Source of the DNA: Schizochytrium sp. TIO01
Taxonomy: Eukaryota > Protista > Bigyra: Labyrinthulomycetes
DNA: 64,000 bases
NCBI GenBank assembly: GCA_004764695.1
Contig: SMSO01000005.1
Location: forward strand, 496,001-560,000
Direction: 5' to 3'
Positions 55,101 through 64,000 of the stretch are shown in pieces; the stretch's first letter is position 1; every line of letters starts with the position of its first letter. The notes under the pieces were generated by a model. The model saw only the letters and a list, made by a program, of their open reading frames with translations. It was not told the DNA's origin and did no database searches. The position numbers and the translations under genes were made by a program.

Positions 55101-58100
55101 ACTGTTCTTTGATTGGTGACGCGCATCGACGTCAGTTTGATGTGGTTCAAAGTCTTCAGTGAGTTGTACATTATCGGCACCAAATACATGGTGTGTGATT
55201 TCACGACGTTCCTGGGCTTCCTCAGTACCTGCTGGGTGAGCTTTGCTACCAGGTGTTTGGTAGATAGCTGCATCGTTGCTTGCATTTAGGCTTGCCTCGA
55301 AGGAAGTTACAGCCTCTTCTCTGACGTAAGATTGGGGGGGTGGTTGAATATCGTCTTGGCTAGTTTGTAGCTTTTCTGCTACCTTCGCATCGTTGACATT
55401 GGCACATTTGTGGAACGCATCCTCACTTCCCGCTTGACCTTGTACGTATGTTGCATACTCTTCAATATCATGAGATTGAGGGACATCCTGAGCATCATCT
55501 TGATAGACTTCAACATCGTAAGCCTCTTGATGTACTTCGATATGTTTTGGAATATCGTTGCTGTCGTAAGATTTAGGGTCTTGATCAACGTCGCCTTGGG
55601 TAGTTGTTATACTTCCTGACGACTGAATATCGCTAGAATTATCAGATGTACACTGTGCATCCTTACTTTCTTTCTGGCTTCTAAAGATGTATGATGCATG
55701 TTCTTCACAGTCGTGAACTTGAGGTGTACTCTCAATATCAGCATAGTGGGCTTCTATATTGTCTGGCGGCTGGCAGTCGTCAGCGTCGAAATCATTGGGC
55801 TCACCACCATAAACGTGTTCGCCTTTTTCGACGTAGACTGCAACCTCGTCGCTGTTTTGAGATTGATAAGCGTATTCAACTGCATCTTGGGGAGCTCCTA
55901 GAACGTCGGACGGTTGGCTATCGTCAATGTCAGATGTATTGAGCTGATTCTTGTATACTCCTTCCCCTTCTTCAACATGTGCTTCATGCTCTTCGATGTT
56001 AAAAGCTTGGGAGCCTTGCTCATCATCATATTGGTATACTTCTACATCGTCTGACAGCTTGTTATTATCAATTTCAGATGTACTGGACTGACTCTCGTAG
56101 GCTTCTTCGTTTTCTTCGATGCAGCCCACATACACTGCACCATGAGGAAATTGAGAAGCATTCTCGACTGAATCTTGATGAGCTTCTACATTCTTAGACG
56201 GCCGGCTCTCATCCATGTCAGATTCAGTGAGCCCACCCTCGTATGACTCTTGGCTTGCTTTGGAGAGGTTTACACGCTCTTGGAAGTTGTAAAACTGTGG
56301 GCCCTGGTTAACACGGACTTTTTCATCTTGTATGTTTTCAGATACCAGACTGTCATCTGCAAGATTAGATGTATTGTCACCTTCATATGCATCTTCAATC
56401 TGGCCAAAGGGAGCAGCACAAACTTTATCCTCCTGACAGTGAGGATCTCTTGCAAAGATATATTCGCTAGCTTCTACCTTTCTGGGGGGCTGAACATAGT
56501 CATTGCCTGATGCGTTGTATTCATTCTCATCAGACTCTTGATCTTCTGCAAGATGTGCTGAATGACATTCGTCATCGCAAGGCTGGTGGTCTTCGTCGAC
56601 TTCTGCACTTTGCTGGACCTCTGCGCCCTGCCGAACTTCTTCATCATATGAATTTTGCTTTTTATCAATCTCCGGCAGGTTGTGCCCATCCTCGTAAGCA
56701 TCTTGACCTTCTTCTTCAAGATTTGCTGAATGGCGTTCGTCATTGCAAGACTGGTGGTCTTCGTCGACACCATGTTCATCGACTTCTGCATCTTGCTGAG
56801 CTTCTTGGTCGTATGAAGGTTGGTTATCGTCAATGTGCGATACGTTATGCTCATCTTCGTCGACTTCTGCATCTTGCTGGACTTCTTCATCGTAGGAATG
56901 CTGGCCATCGTCATCGCAAGACTGGTGGTTTTGATAGACATCTGCATTTTGCCGGACTTCTTCATTGTAGGAATGCTGGCCATCGCCAATGCCAGATGCG
57001 CTATGCTCATCCTCGTGAGCATCTTGATCTTCTTCTTCAAGAGATGCTGAATGGGATTCGTCATCGCAAGACTGGTGGTCTTCGTCGACGTCTGCATCTT
57101 GCTGGACTTCTTCATCATAGTAATGCTGGCTATCATCAATGCCAGATGTTTGATGCTCATCCTCGTAAGTCTCTTGATCTTCTTCTTCAAGATATGCTGC
57201 ATGGCATTCGTCATCGCAAGACTGGCGGTCTTCGTCGACGTCTGCATCTTCATGGACTTCTTCATCGTAGTAATGTTGGCCATCATCAATGCCAGATGCA
57301 CTATGCTCATCCTCGTGAGCATCTTGATCTTCTTCTTCAAGATATGCTGAATGGCATTCGTCATTGCAAGACTGGTGGTCTTCGTCAACTTCTGCATTTT
57401 GTTGGGCTTCTTCATTGTAGGAATGCTGGCTATCGTCAATGCCAGATGCACTATGGGCATCCTCGTGATCCTCTTGATCTTCTTCTTCAAGAGATGCTGA
57501 ATGGGGTTCGTCATCGCAAGACTGGTGGTCTTCGTCGACGTCTGCATCTTGCTGGACTTCTTCATCGTAGTAATACTGGCTATCATCAATGCCAGATGCT
57601 TGATGCTCATCCTCGTAAGTCTCTTGATCTTCTTCTTCAAGATATGCTGAATGGCATTCGTCATCGCAAGATTGATTGTCTTCGTCGACGTCTGCATCTT
57701 GATGGACTTCTTCATTGTAGGAATGCTGGCCATCGTCAATGCCAGATGCACTATGCTCATCCTCGTGAGCATCTTGATCTTCTTCTTCAAGAGATGCTGC
57801 ATGGCATTCGTCATCGCAAGACTGGTGGTCTTCGTCGACGTCTGCATCTTGCTGGACTTCTTCGTCGTAGTAATGTTGGCCATCGTCAATGCCAGATGCA
57901 CTATGCTTATCCTCGTAAGCCTCTTGATCTTCTTCATCAAGATATGCTGAATGGCATTCGTCATCGCAAGACTGGCGGTCTTCGTCGACTTCTACATCTT
58001 GATGGACTTCTTCATCGTAGGAATGCTGGCCATCGTCAATGCCAGATGCTTGATGCTCATCCTCGTGAGCATCTTGACCTTCTTCTTCAAGATATGCTGA

Positions 58101-61100
58101 ATGGCATTCGTCATCGCAAGACTGGCGGTCTTCGTCGACTTCTGCATCTTGATAGACTTCTTCATCGTAGTAATGTTGGCCATCGTCATTGCCAGATTCA
58201 CTATGGGCATCCTCGTGAGCCTCTTGATCTTCTTCTTCAAGAGATGCTGAATGGCCATCGTTATCACAAGACTCGTCGTCTTCGTCGACTTCTGCATCTT
58301 CATGGACTTCTTCATCGTAGGAATGCTGGCCATCGTCAATGCCAGATGCACTATGCTCATCCTCGTGAGCATCTTGATCTTCTTCTTCAAGATATGCTGA
58401 ATGGCCATCGTTATCACAAGACTCGTCGTCTTCGTCGACTTCTGCATCTCGATGGACTTCTTCATCGTAGGAATGCTGGCTATCGTCAATGTCAGATGCA
58501 CTATACTCATCCTCGTGATCTTCTTGATCTTCTTCTTCAAGAGATGCTGAATGGCATTCGTCATCGCAAGACTGGTGGTCTTCGTCGACGTCTGCATCTT
58601 GATGGACTTCTTCATCGTAGGAATGCTGGCCATCGTCAATGCCAGATTCACTATGGGCATCCTCGTGAGCATCTTGATCTTCTTCTTCAAGAGATGCTGA
58701 ATGGCATTCGTCATCGCAAGACTGGCGGTCTTCGTCGACTTCTGCATCTTGATGGACTTCTTCATCATAGGAATGCTGGCCATCGTCATCGCAAGACTGG
58801 TGGTTTTCATAGACGTCTGCATATTGATGGACTTCTTCATCGTAGGAATGCTGGCCATCGTCAATCCCAGATGCACTATGCTCATCCTCGTAAGCCTCTT
58901 GCTCTTCTTCTTCAAGATATGCTGCATGGCATTCGTCATCGCAAGACTGGTGGTCTTCGTCGACGTCTGCATCTTGATGGACTTCTTCATCGTAGGAATG
59001 CTGGCCATCGTCAATCCCAGATGCACTATGCTCATCCTCGTAAGCCTCTTGCTCTTCTTCTTCAAGATATGCTGCATGGCATTCGTCATCGCAAGACTGG
59101 TGGTCTTCGTCGACGTCTGCATCTTGATGGACTTCTTCATCGTAGGAATGCTGGCCATCGTCAATACCAGATTCACTATGCTTATCCTCGTGAGCATCTT
59201 GATCTTCTTCTTCAAGAGATGCTGAATGGCATTCGTCATCGCAAGACTGGTGGTCTTCGTCGACGTCTGCATCTTGATGGACTTCTTCATCGTAGGAATG
59301 CTGGCCATCGTCAATGCCAGATTCACTATGCTTATCCTCGTGAGCATCTTGATCTTCTTCTTCAAGAGATGCTGAATGGCATTCGTCATCGCAAGACTGG
59401 CGGTCTTCGTCGACGTCTGCATCTTGATAGACTTCTTCATCGTAGGAATGCTGGCCATCGTCAATGCCAGATTCACTATGGGCATCCTCGTGAGCATCTT
59501 GATCTTCTTCTTCAAGATATGCTGAATGGCCATCGTTATCACAAGACTCGTCGTCTTCGTCGACTTCTGCATCTCGATGGACTTCTTCATCGTAGGAATG
59601 CTGGCTATCGTCAATGTCAGATGCACTATACTCATCCTCGTGATCCTCTTGATCTTCTTCATCAAGAGATGCTGAATGGCATTCGTCATCGCAAGACTGG
59701 TGGTCTTCGTCGACGTCTGCATCTTGCTGGACTTCTTCATTGAAGGAATGCTGGCCATCGTCAATGCCAGATTCACTATGGGCATCCTCGTGAGCATCTT
59801 GATCTTCTTCTTCAAGATATGCTGCATGGCCATCGTCATCACAAGACTTGTCGTCTTCGTCGACTTCTGCATCTTGATGGACGTAGTAATGCTGGCCATC
59901 GTCATCGCAAGACTGGTGGTCTTCGTCGACGTCTGCATCTTGATGGACTTCTTCATTGTAGGAATGCTGGCCATCGTCAATGCCAGATTCACTATGCGCA
60001 TCCTCGTGAGCATCTTGATCTTCTTCTTCAAGAGATGCTGAATGGCATTCGTCATCGCAAGACTGGCGGTCTTCGTCGACGTCTGCATCTTGATGGACTT
60101 CTTCATCGTAGGAATGTTGGCCATCGTCAATGCCAGATGCACTATGCTCATCCTCGTGAGCCTCTTGAGCTTCTTCAGCAAGAGATGCTGAATGGCATTC
60201 GTCATCGCAAGACTGATGGTCTTCATCGACTTCTGCGTGCTGCTGGGCTTCTTCGTCACATGAATGCTGGTTATCTTCAACTTCATCAGTCTGAAACCTG
60301 TCACTAAATTTAGCAACCTCATTATTTTGCTCGCCATCATTAAAGTTCGGTTCACTACCAATTCTAGCATGACGAACACAATCAAAGACATTCCCAGGGT
60401 CGCTACCCATCTCGCAATCAACGCCGACGTTATAAACGCTAGTAGATGTGTCAAAGGTCCTGCGAGGTTCTAAAGCTGCGCATTCAAACGAAGAAATCTC
60501 CTCAGAGAGGAGGTCTTTTCCTTCTTCTTGCTGCTCTTCCTCGTCATGGGGTTCCTCCTGAGATTCAAAAACATAGCCGTCATCCTTGCTAATTATGGTT
60601 GCTCTTGCTTCGTCATCCTTAGTCTCTTCGTCAGTATTGCTCTGGTTGGAGCCCTCGCTAGTAACGTCGTACATCACCGTAGCAACGAGAAGTTTGGATG
60701 CAGAATGATCACAAATAAGTCTCTCAGCAATTCGAATAAGATATTTTTGCATAACACGCTCAGTTGCCTTCTCGTCCTGCATTCGCTCAGTAACAGAGTT
60801 CGCAAGACGAATTATGCGATCTTCAGCCTGGTTGACATTATTGAGCGTAGACTGAGCTTCATTTAAAAGCCTCTGGCAGGTTACGACGGCATCCTGACAC
60901 TGAACGAGCATCTCGACGGCAGGAGGTGTCGTCCTGTGGTGATTGAGTGAGCTATTATGCTCATCGAGATCATTACTATTCATATATTCATGACTAACTG
61001 AAACTTCTGGATTTTCAGCTTCCCCTTCCTCTCCTTCGACAAGAGTTGCATTTTCTGAATGATTATCTGTCCCTTCATCGTCTCGGTCTAGCACGTCTAA

Positions 61101-61421
61101 CTCATTCAATTTGGTTACAGCATCCTGCAAAACGCCGACCATAGTGACTGAGTGTGATACACGACGCATACGAGCTTCCATTATTGCTTGTTGCTTGTCA
61201 AGCAGAACTTGCATGCGAGTTGTGCATGCATTCAGTTCATCACAAATTTGTTCATTGCGAGACTCAGAAGACTCCTCACGTGGAAGGGCTACCTGGTGTA
61301 TAACATGATTCAGGAAGCTGCGTGCCTTAGCAATAAAAAATTGGCGGATCGTGAGGCGCTTCACAGGCTTGGCTCGCGCAAGTATTTCGCCATCTTCAGG
61401 CTGCGAATGCCTGAGGCCCAT
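52164..61421 (-). CDS. Giant (~3085 aa) extremely acidic Asp/Glu/His/Cys tandem-repeat protein of unknown function
   Basis: Uninterrupted 9.2-kb ORF. The first ATG gives MGLRHS (MGxxxS). N-terminal coiled coils are followed by 50-aa and 30-aa repeat arrays. Confidence 0.8.
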   Translation of the reverse strand: MGLRHSQPEDGEILARAKPVKRLTIRQFFIAKARSFLNHVIHQVALPREESSESRNEQICDELNACTTRMQVLLDKQQAIMEARMRRVSHSVTMVGVLQDAVTKLNELDVLDRDDEGTDNHSENATLVEGEEGEAENPEVSVSHEYMNSNDLDEHNSSLNHHRTTPPAVEMLVQCQDAVVTCQRLLNEAQSTLNNVNQAEDRIIRLANSVTERMQDEKATERVMQKYLIRIAERLICDHSASKLLVATVMYDVTSEGSNQSNTDEETKDDEARATIISKDDGYVFESQEEPHDEEEQQEEGKDLLSEEISSFECAALEPRRTFDTSTSVYNVGVDCEMGSDPGNVFDCVRHARIGSEPNFNDGEQNNEVAKFSDRFQTDEVEDNQHSCDEEAQQHAEVDEDHQSCDDECHSASLAEEAQEAHEDEHSASGIDDGQHSYDEEVHQDADVDEDRQSCDDECHSASLEEEDQDAHEDAHSESGIDDGQHSYNEEVHQDADVDEDHQSCDDDGQHYYVHQDAEVDEDDKSCDDDGHAAYLEEEDQDAHEDAHSESGIDDGQHSFNEEVQQDADVDEDHQSCDDECHSASLDEEDQEDHEDEYSASDIDDSQHSYDEEVHRDAEVDEDDESCDNDGHSAYLEEEDQDAHEDAHSESGIDDGQHSYDEEVYQDADVDEDRQSCDDECHSASLEEEDQDAHEDKHSESGIDDGQHSYDEEVHQDADVDEDHQSCDDECHSASLEEEDQDAHEDKHSESGIDDGQHSYDEEVHQDADVDEDHQSCDDECHAAYLEEEEQEAYEDEHSASGIDDGQHSYDEEVHQDADVDEDHQSCDDECHAAYLEEEEQEAYEDEHSASGIDDGQHSYDEEVHQYADVYENHQSCDDDGQHSYDEEVHQDAEVDEDRQSCDDECHSASLEEEDQDAHEDAHSESGIDDGQHSYDEEVHQDADVDEDHQSCDDECHSASLEEEDQEDHEDEYSASDIDDSQHSYDEEVHRDAEVDEDDESCDNDGHSAYLEEEDQDAHEDEHSASGIDDGQHSYDEEVHEDAEVDEDDESCDNDGHSASLEEEDQEAHEDAHSESGNDDGQHYYDEEVYQDAEVDEDRQSCDDECHSAYLEEEGQDAHEDEHQASGIDDGQHSYDEEVHQDVEVDEDRQSCDDECHSAYLDEEDQEAYEDKHSASGIDDGQHYYDEEVQQDADVDEDHQSCDDECHAASLEEEDQDAHEDEHSASGIDDGQHSYNEEVHQDADVDEDNQSCDDECHSAYLEEEDQETYEDEHQASGIDDSQYYYDEEVQQDADVDEDHQSCDDEPHSASLEEEDQEDHEDAHSASGIDDSQHSYNEEAQQNAEVDEDHQSCNDECHSAYLEEEDQDAHEDEHSASGIDDGQHYYDEEVHEDADVDEDRQSCDDECHAAYLEEEDQETYEDEHQTSGIDDSQHYYDEEVQQDADVDEDHQSCDDESHSASLEEEDQDAHEDEHSASGIGDGQHSYNEEVRQNADVYQNHQSCDDDGQHSYDEEVQQDAEVDEDEHNVSHIDDNQPSYDQEAQQDAEVDEHGVDEDHQSCNDERHSANLEEEGQDAYEDGHNLPEIDKKQNSYDEEVRQGAEVQQSAEVDEDHQPCDDECHSAHLAEDQESDENEYNASGNDYVQPPRKVEASEYIFARDPHCQEDKVCAAPFGQIEDAYEGDNTSNLADDSLVSENIQDEKVRVNQGPQFYNFQERVNLSKASQESYEGGLTESDMDESRPSKNVEAHQDSVENASQFPHGAVYVGCIEENEEAYESQSSTSEIDNNKLSDDVEVYQYDDEQGSQAFNIEEHEAHVEEGEGVYKNQLNTSDIDDSQPSDVLGAPQDAVEYAYQSQNSDEVAVYVEKGEHVYGGEPNDFDADDCQPPDNIEAHYADIESTPQVHDCEEHASYIFRSQKESKDAQCTSDNSSDIQSSGSITTTQGDVDQDPKSYDSNDIPKHIEVHQEAYDVEVYQDDAQDVPQSHDIEEYATYVQGQAGSEDAFHKCANVNDAKVAEKLQTSQDDIQPPPQSYVREEAVTSFEASLNASNDAAIYQTPGSKAHPAGTEEAQERREITHHVFGADNVQLTEDFEPHQTDVDARHQSKNSKVDTGSADEGVVREKIDCHVSLNNDSELPGGVQANQPDLVEDNQAYIKQTDKCEISAANIDEVQQPYEVEYHESDIEDDQPSNQVYQTNIDEGQQPYEVEYHESDIEDDQQSGQVYQTKIDEVQQPYEVEYHESDIEDDQPSNQVYQTNIDEGQQPYEVEYHESDIEDDQQSDQVYQTNIDESQKPYEVEYHKSDIEKGEKSRNTRWDHKSSSSNYSQDCHDKSRWVFVAEHDQTKHDNDQWVYTSSKQNSDEAWASHNDPCHGNNQILHAKQYPHDSVQHGRNESHLTYAPTGLVYGKDWPGYGKCQPATDDNQSQDAVIRNNASSQGWPCNGGSAERISKVPSRQDIEDHSLDDMLESFEQLKLTSTNESFNHTRKHDIDKTVSDATSYSEDSHPVLNEASQSESQKTKNTLSSSSSFAGMDLLANRVDQSDNFSAKRNYNNLQTQTQNTSSYDKPHLLRSTVDGAGNHHIDGGDELHHNNKLGWTKACGDHIGDGHQHMAPHQDHNLFMTDVFEEDIPTTATNGAPSNMISNIEESYQNFIHQMGASPAETYDPEQVDTDMVDADLLEGFEYSFSDENGVESHNPTELEARNTDEMEMELSFDESLFRTDISMEIDGKTAFDKTTSEEPFDDKNFIRVSDDELMNGFEFFFGTDFQYNGEELTAIEHAEGQPHHFQHGYPAADNGFAEVSTGVSNPKLKVNEGNQDNGDMEGSFSYEQAVEYFDEYTQNMILEPARLHVEADHNMQTAGSQQELARSHFISESVAMETNDGMLQTQTNENSLQISSESSSPSHLNLLTAALQSCSESASESASSPHLNLLAAAALQYESYIRTGADASEGQPSNDEANELMDAAHDNNSSVDNDEAKETNLKEDPYATEESFDEDSNEDEDKEYQADEHFRGANGLKCLNPEMRTPGTRQPVTDGFSSWSHPFEDYFGDAAPETQDYTSQKECSRVEEQDSAQNEKSGFYWGEYH
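54510..54930 (-). repeat. 90-bp (30-aa) coding tandem repeat, ~4.5 copies (QVYQTNIDEGQQPYEVEYHESDIEDDQPSN)
   Basis: TAAGGCT recurs at 54541, 54631, 54721, 54811 and 54901. Confidence 0.93.
56560..60270 (-). repeat. 150-bp (50-aa) coding tandem repeat, >20 copies, built of two related sub-units
   Basis: Unit DDGQHSYDEEVHQDADVDEDHQSC + DDECHSASLEEEDQDAHEDEHSASGI. The 150-nt periodicity is visible in the sequence, with occasional duplicated half-units. Confidence 0.95.
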
Positions 61422-61618
61422 CGTAAGTACCAGCTGGCGTTTCCAGCCAAATGTTACAAAATACCTAGAAGGCCAGGAAAATGAGCGAAATAATTCCAAG
61501 GCAGTTTTGTTTGAAAAATGAAGCCTTGTCAGAACTTGCTCGTATTTCTACTGCAAATAACGCAGTCTCGAGACAAATTGAAGCAAAATTATCTGCCAAT
61601 ATTTTGGTGCTGCCGTTG

Positions 61619-63196
61619 AAAACTTGTCGGTTGTAAGACAAGTCCAAGCGGGCAAGCTTGTATGAACTCGTCTGTAGGCCGCAAATGAGAAAGATTGAAG
61701 CAGAGAGGCTTCTAAGAACTTGTCAATGGTGTGGCTAGAAGCAAACTTGTCGATTACAAGACAAGTTCAGGCGGGCAAGCTTGTATGAACTCGTCTGTAG
61801 GCCGCAAATGAGACGGATTGAAGCAGGAAGGCTTCTAAGAACTTGTCAATGGCGTGGCTAGAAGCAAACTTGTCGGTTGTAAGACAGTCCAAGCGGGCAA
61901 GCTTGTATGAACTCGTCTGTAGGACGCAAATGAGAAAGATTGAAGCAGAGAGGCTTCTAAGAACTTGTCAATGGTGAGGCTAGAAGCAAACTTGTCGGTT
62001 GTAAGACAAATCTAAGCGGGCAAGCTTGTATGAACTCGTCTGTAGGACGCAAATGAGAAAGATTGAAGCAGAGAGGCTTCTAAGAACTTGTCAATGGTGA
62101 GGCTAGAAGCAAACTTGTCGGTTGTAAGACAAATCTAAGCGGGCAAGCTTGTATGAACTCGCCTGTAGGCCGCAAATGAGACGGATTGAAGCAGGAAGGC
62201 TTCTAAGAACTTGTCAATGGTGTGGCTAGAAGCAAACTTGTCGGTTGTAAGACAAGTCCAAGCGGGCAAGCTTGTATGAACTCGTCTGTAGGCGCAAATG
62301 AGAAAGATTGAAGCAGAGAGGCTTCTAAGAACTTGTCAATGGTGAGGCTAGAAGCAAACTTGTCAATTGCAAGACAAGTCCAAGCGGGCAAGCTTGTATG
62401 AACTCGTCTGTAGGCGCAAATGAGACAGATTGAAGCAGAGAGGCTTCTAAGAGCTTGTAGATGGTGTGGCTAGAAGCAAACTTGTCGGTTGTAAGACAGT
62501 CCAAGCGGGCAAGCTTGTATGAATTCGTCTGTAGGACGCAAATGAGACAGATTGAAGCAGAGAGGCTTCTAAGAACTTGTCAATGGTGTGGCTAGAAGCA
62601 AACTTGTCGATTGCAAGACAAGTCCAAGCGGGCAAGCTTGTATGAACTCGTCTGTAGGACGCAAATGAGACAGATTGAAGCAGGAAGGCTTCTCAGAGCT
62701 TGTAGATGGTGTGGCTAGAAGCAAACTTGTCGATCGCAAGACAAATCTAAGCGGGCAAGCTTGTATGAACTCGTCTGTAGGACGCAAATGAGAAAGATTG
62801 AAGCAGAGAGGCTTCTAAGAACTTGTCAATGGTGTGGCTAGAAGCAAACTTGTCGATTGCAAGACAAGTTCAAGCGGGCAAGCTTGTATGAACTCGTCTG
62901 TAGGACGCAAATGAGAAAGATTGAAGCAGAGAGGCTTCTAAGAACTTGTCAATGGTGTGGCTAGAAGCAAACTTGTCAATTGCAAGACAAGTTCAAGCGG
63001 GCAAGCTTGTATGAACTCGCCTGTAGGCGCAAATGAGACAGATTGAAGCAGAGAGGCTTCTAAGAACTTGTAGATGGTGTGGCTAGAAGCAAACTTGTCG
63101 GTTGTAAGACAGTCCAAGCGGGCAAGCTTGTATGAATTCGTCTGTAGGACGCAAATGAGACAGATTGAAGCAGGAAGGCTTCTCGGAACTTGTCTA
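61619..63196. repeat. 122/123-bp non-coding tandem array (~13 copies) rich in inverted repeats
   Basis: The GCAAACTTGTC landmark (position of its C in AAAC) recurs at 61623, 61746, 61869, 61991, 62114, 62237, 62359, 62481, 62603, 62726, 62849, 62972 and 63094. A degenerate copy lies near 61570. Confidence 0.95.
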
Positions 63197-64000
63197 CTGT
63201 CACAAGATAATACTTACTTTGAGCATAGAACAATATTGAAGGACAAAATATTGTTCAGTAATCGCAAAGCCTTGCAAAAGAGGCCGTGGATGGGAAGAGG
63301 AAAGAGAGACAAGTTTGATGAAGATGGAGAACAGAGAGCAGGGAGAATAGCTCGGAGCGTTGTTGAGGCCTGCAAGGAGCAGGGGCGGGACAAGAGGAGG
63401 TTTCTCTTTAGGCTTTGGGCAAACGTTCGGGTTCTGTTTAGATCACCGTTCGCTACAGATGCCAAGATCCAGTGAAGAATCTGAGAGAGTCTGATAGAGT
63501 TTTCGTCTTAAACATTTTCACCTTCGCTAAGTGTTAGTTAGATTTGGCTACAATGCAGGCCTTCATCATACAAAACAAAAAATCAAAAACGTAAACGACA
63601 AGAAAGCTTTCCTGAGAAGTATCTAGGAAAATTCGATAAATTTGCCACCTTAAACATTTCACTCTCGCTAGTCTTTGCACGCTTTCCTATACACTCAAAG
63701 ATATAAAGACAAGGGAGAAATCCTTGATTCTTAAATGATTGAACCCTTGCATTCACTCTGCTCAAAGAAAATCGTTGGTGATACTGAGAGTAAACTCGTC
63801 CAGCAACCCTTCCGCTCATTGGTAATCTCTTTTTCAAATTACAGAATGTTTTAATACTTTTACCTCTATAACCTCAGGACAACCCCGGGTTACGACGTAT
63901 TAAACAAGAAAGACGAACAGAAACATCCAAAGCCCGGCATGGAAAGACATAAGAGGCATTACATATGGAATGGGCAGCTACCTTGATTGCGGAGTACAGC

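Noticed and set aside
56474-60454. Long alternative-frame and antisense ORFs (1077 aa on +; 820 aa and 496 aa on -)
   Set aside because: They are shadows of the 150-bp coding repeat. A stop-free unit stays open in several frames, and these ORFs begin and end with the array.
61619-63196. CRISPR array, 5S rRNA array or hammerhead-ribozyme satellite
   Set aside because: There are no unique spacers and no cas genes. Despite the ~120-nt period there is no 5S sequence or box A/C match. GTATGA..GGACGCAAA only loosely resembles the CUGAUGA..GAAA hammerhead core.
63074-63475. 133-aa + strand ORF starting in the last repeat unit
   Set aside because: It is open only because of a 1-nt-short repeat unit and has no recognisable domain.

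Overview
Gene-dense, intron-poor eukaryotic DNA of moderate GC with GT-AG introns. Gene content and style suggest a stramenopile, probably a thraustochytrid/labyrinthulomycete (inference). About 17 protein genes are recognisable: a 3'-truncated double-domain sulfotransferase, a divergent TFIIA large subunit, kinesin-8, an RCC1+filamin protein, mitochondrial bL19, a 4-exon CRP-type LIM protein, DNAJC2/zuotin, a 2-exon PaaI thioesterase, a P-loop-dead myosin-IQ-PH-PH protein, an ABCG half transporter, a multi-TM TKL kinase, a CEP95-like protein, LSM11 with a WW insert, MTHFS, a signal-peptide kinase, a SAM methyltransferase and a ~3085-aa D/E/H/C repeat protein. The most striking signal is not in the ORF track. 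A decayed Fanzor2 (eukaryotic IS607-TnpB-like RNA-guided nuclease) gene lies at ~25840-26600. It is followed by an omegaRNA-like scaffold that looks structurally intact (26601-26730): a 7-bp pseudoknot defines its 3' end and the adjacent putative guide. The whole element seems to be inserted into a TAGG/TACC-rich tract. A ~13-copy, hairpin-rich 123-bp tandem array lies upstream of the giant repeat gene. All homology calls were made by eye from motifs, without database searches.
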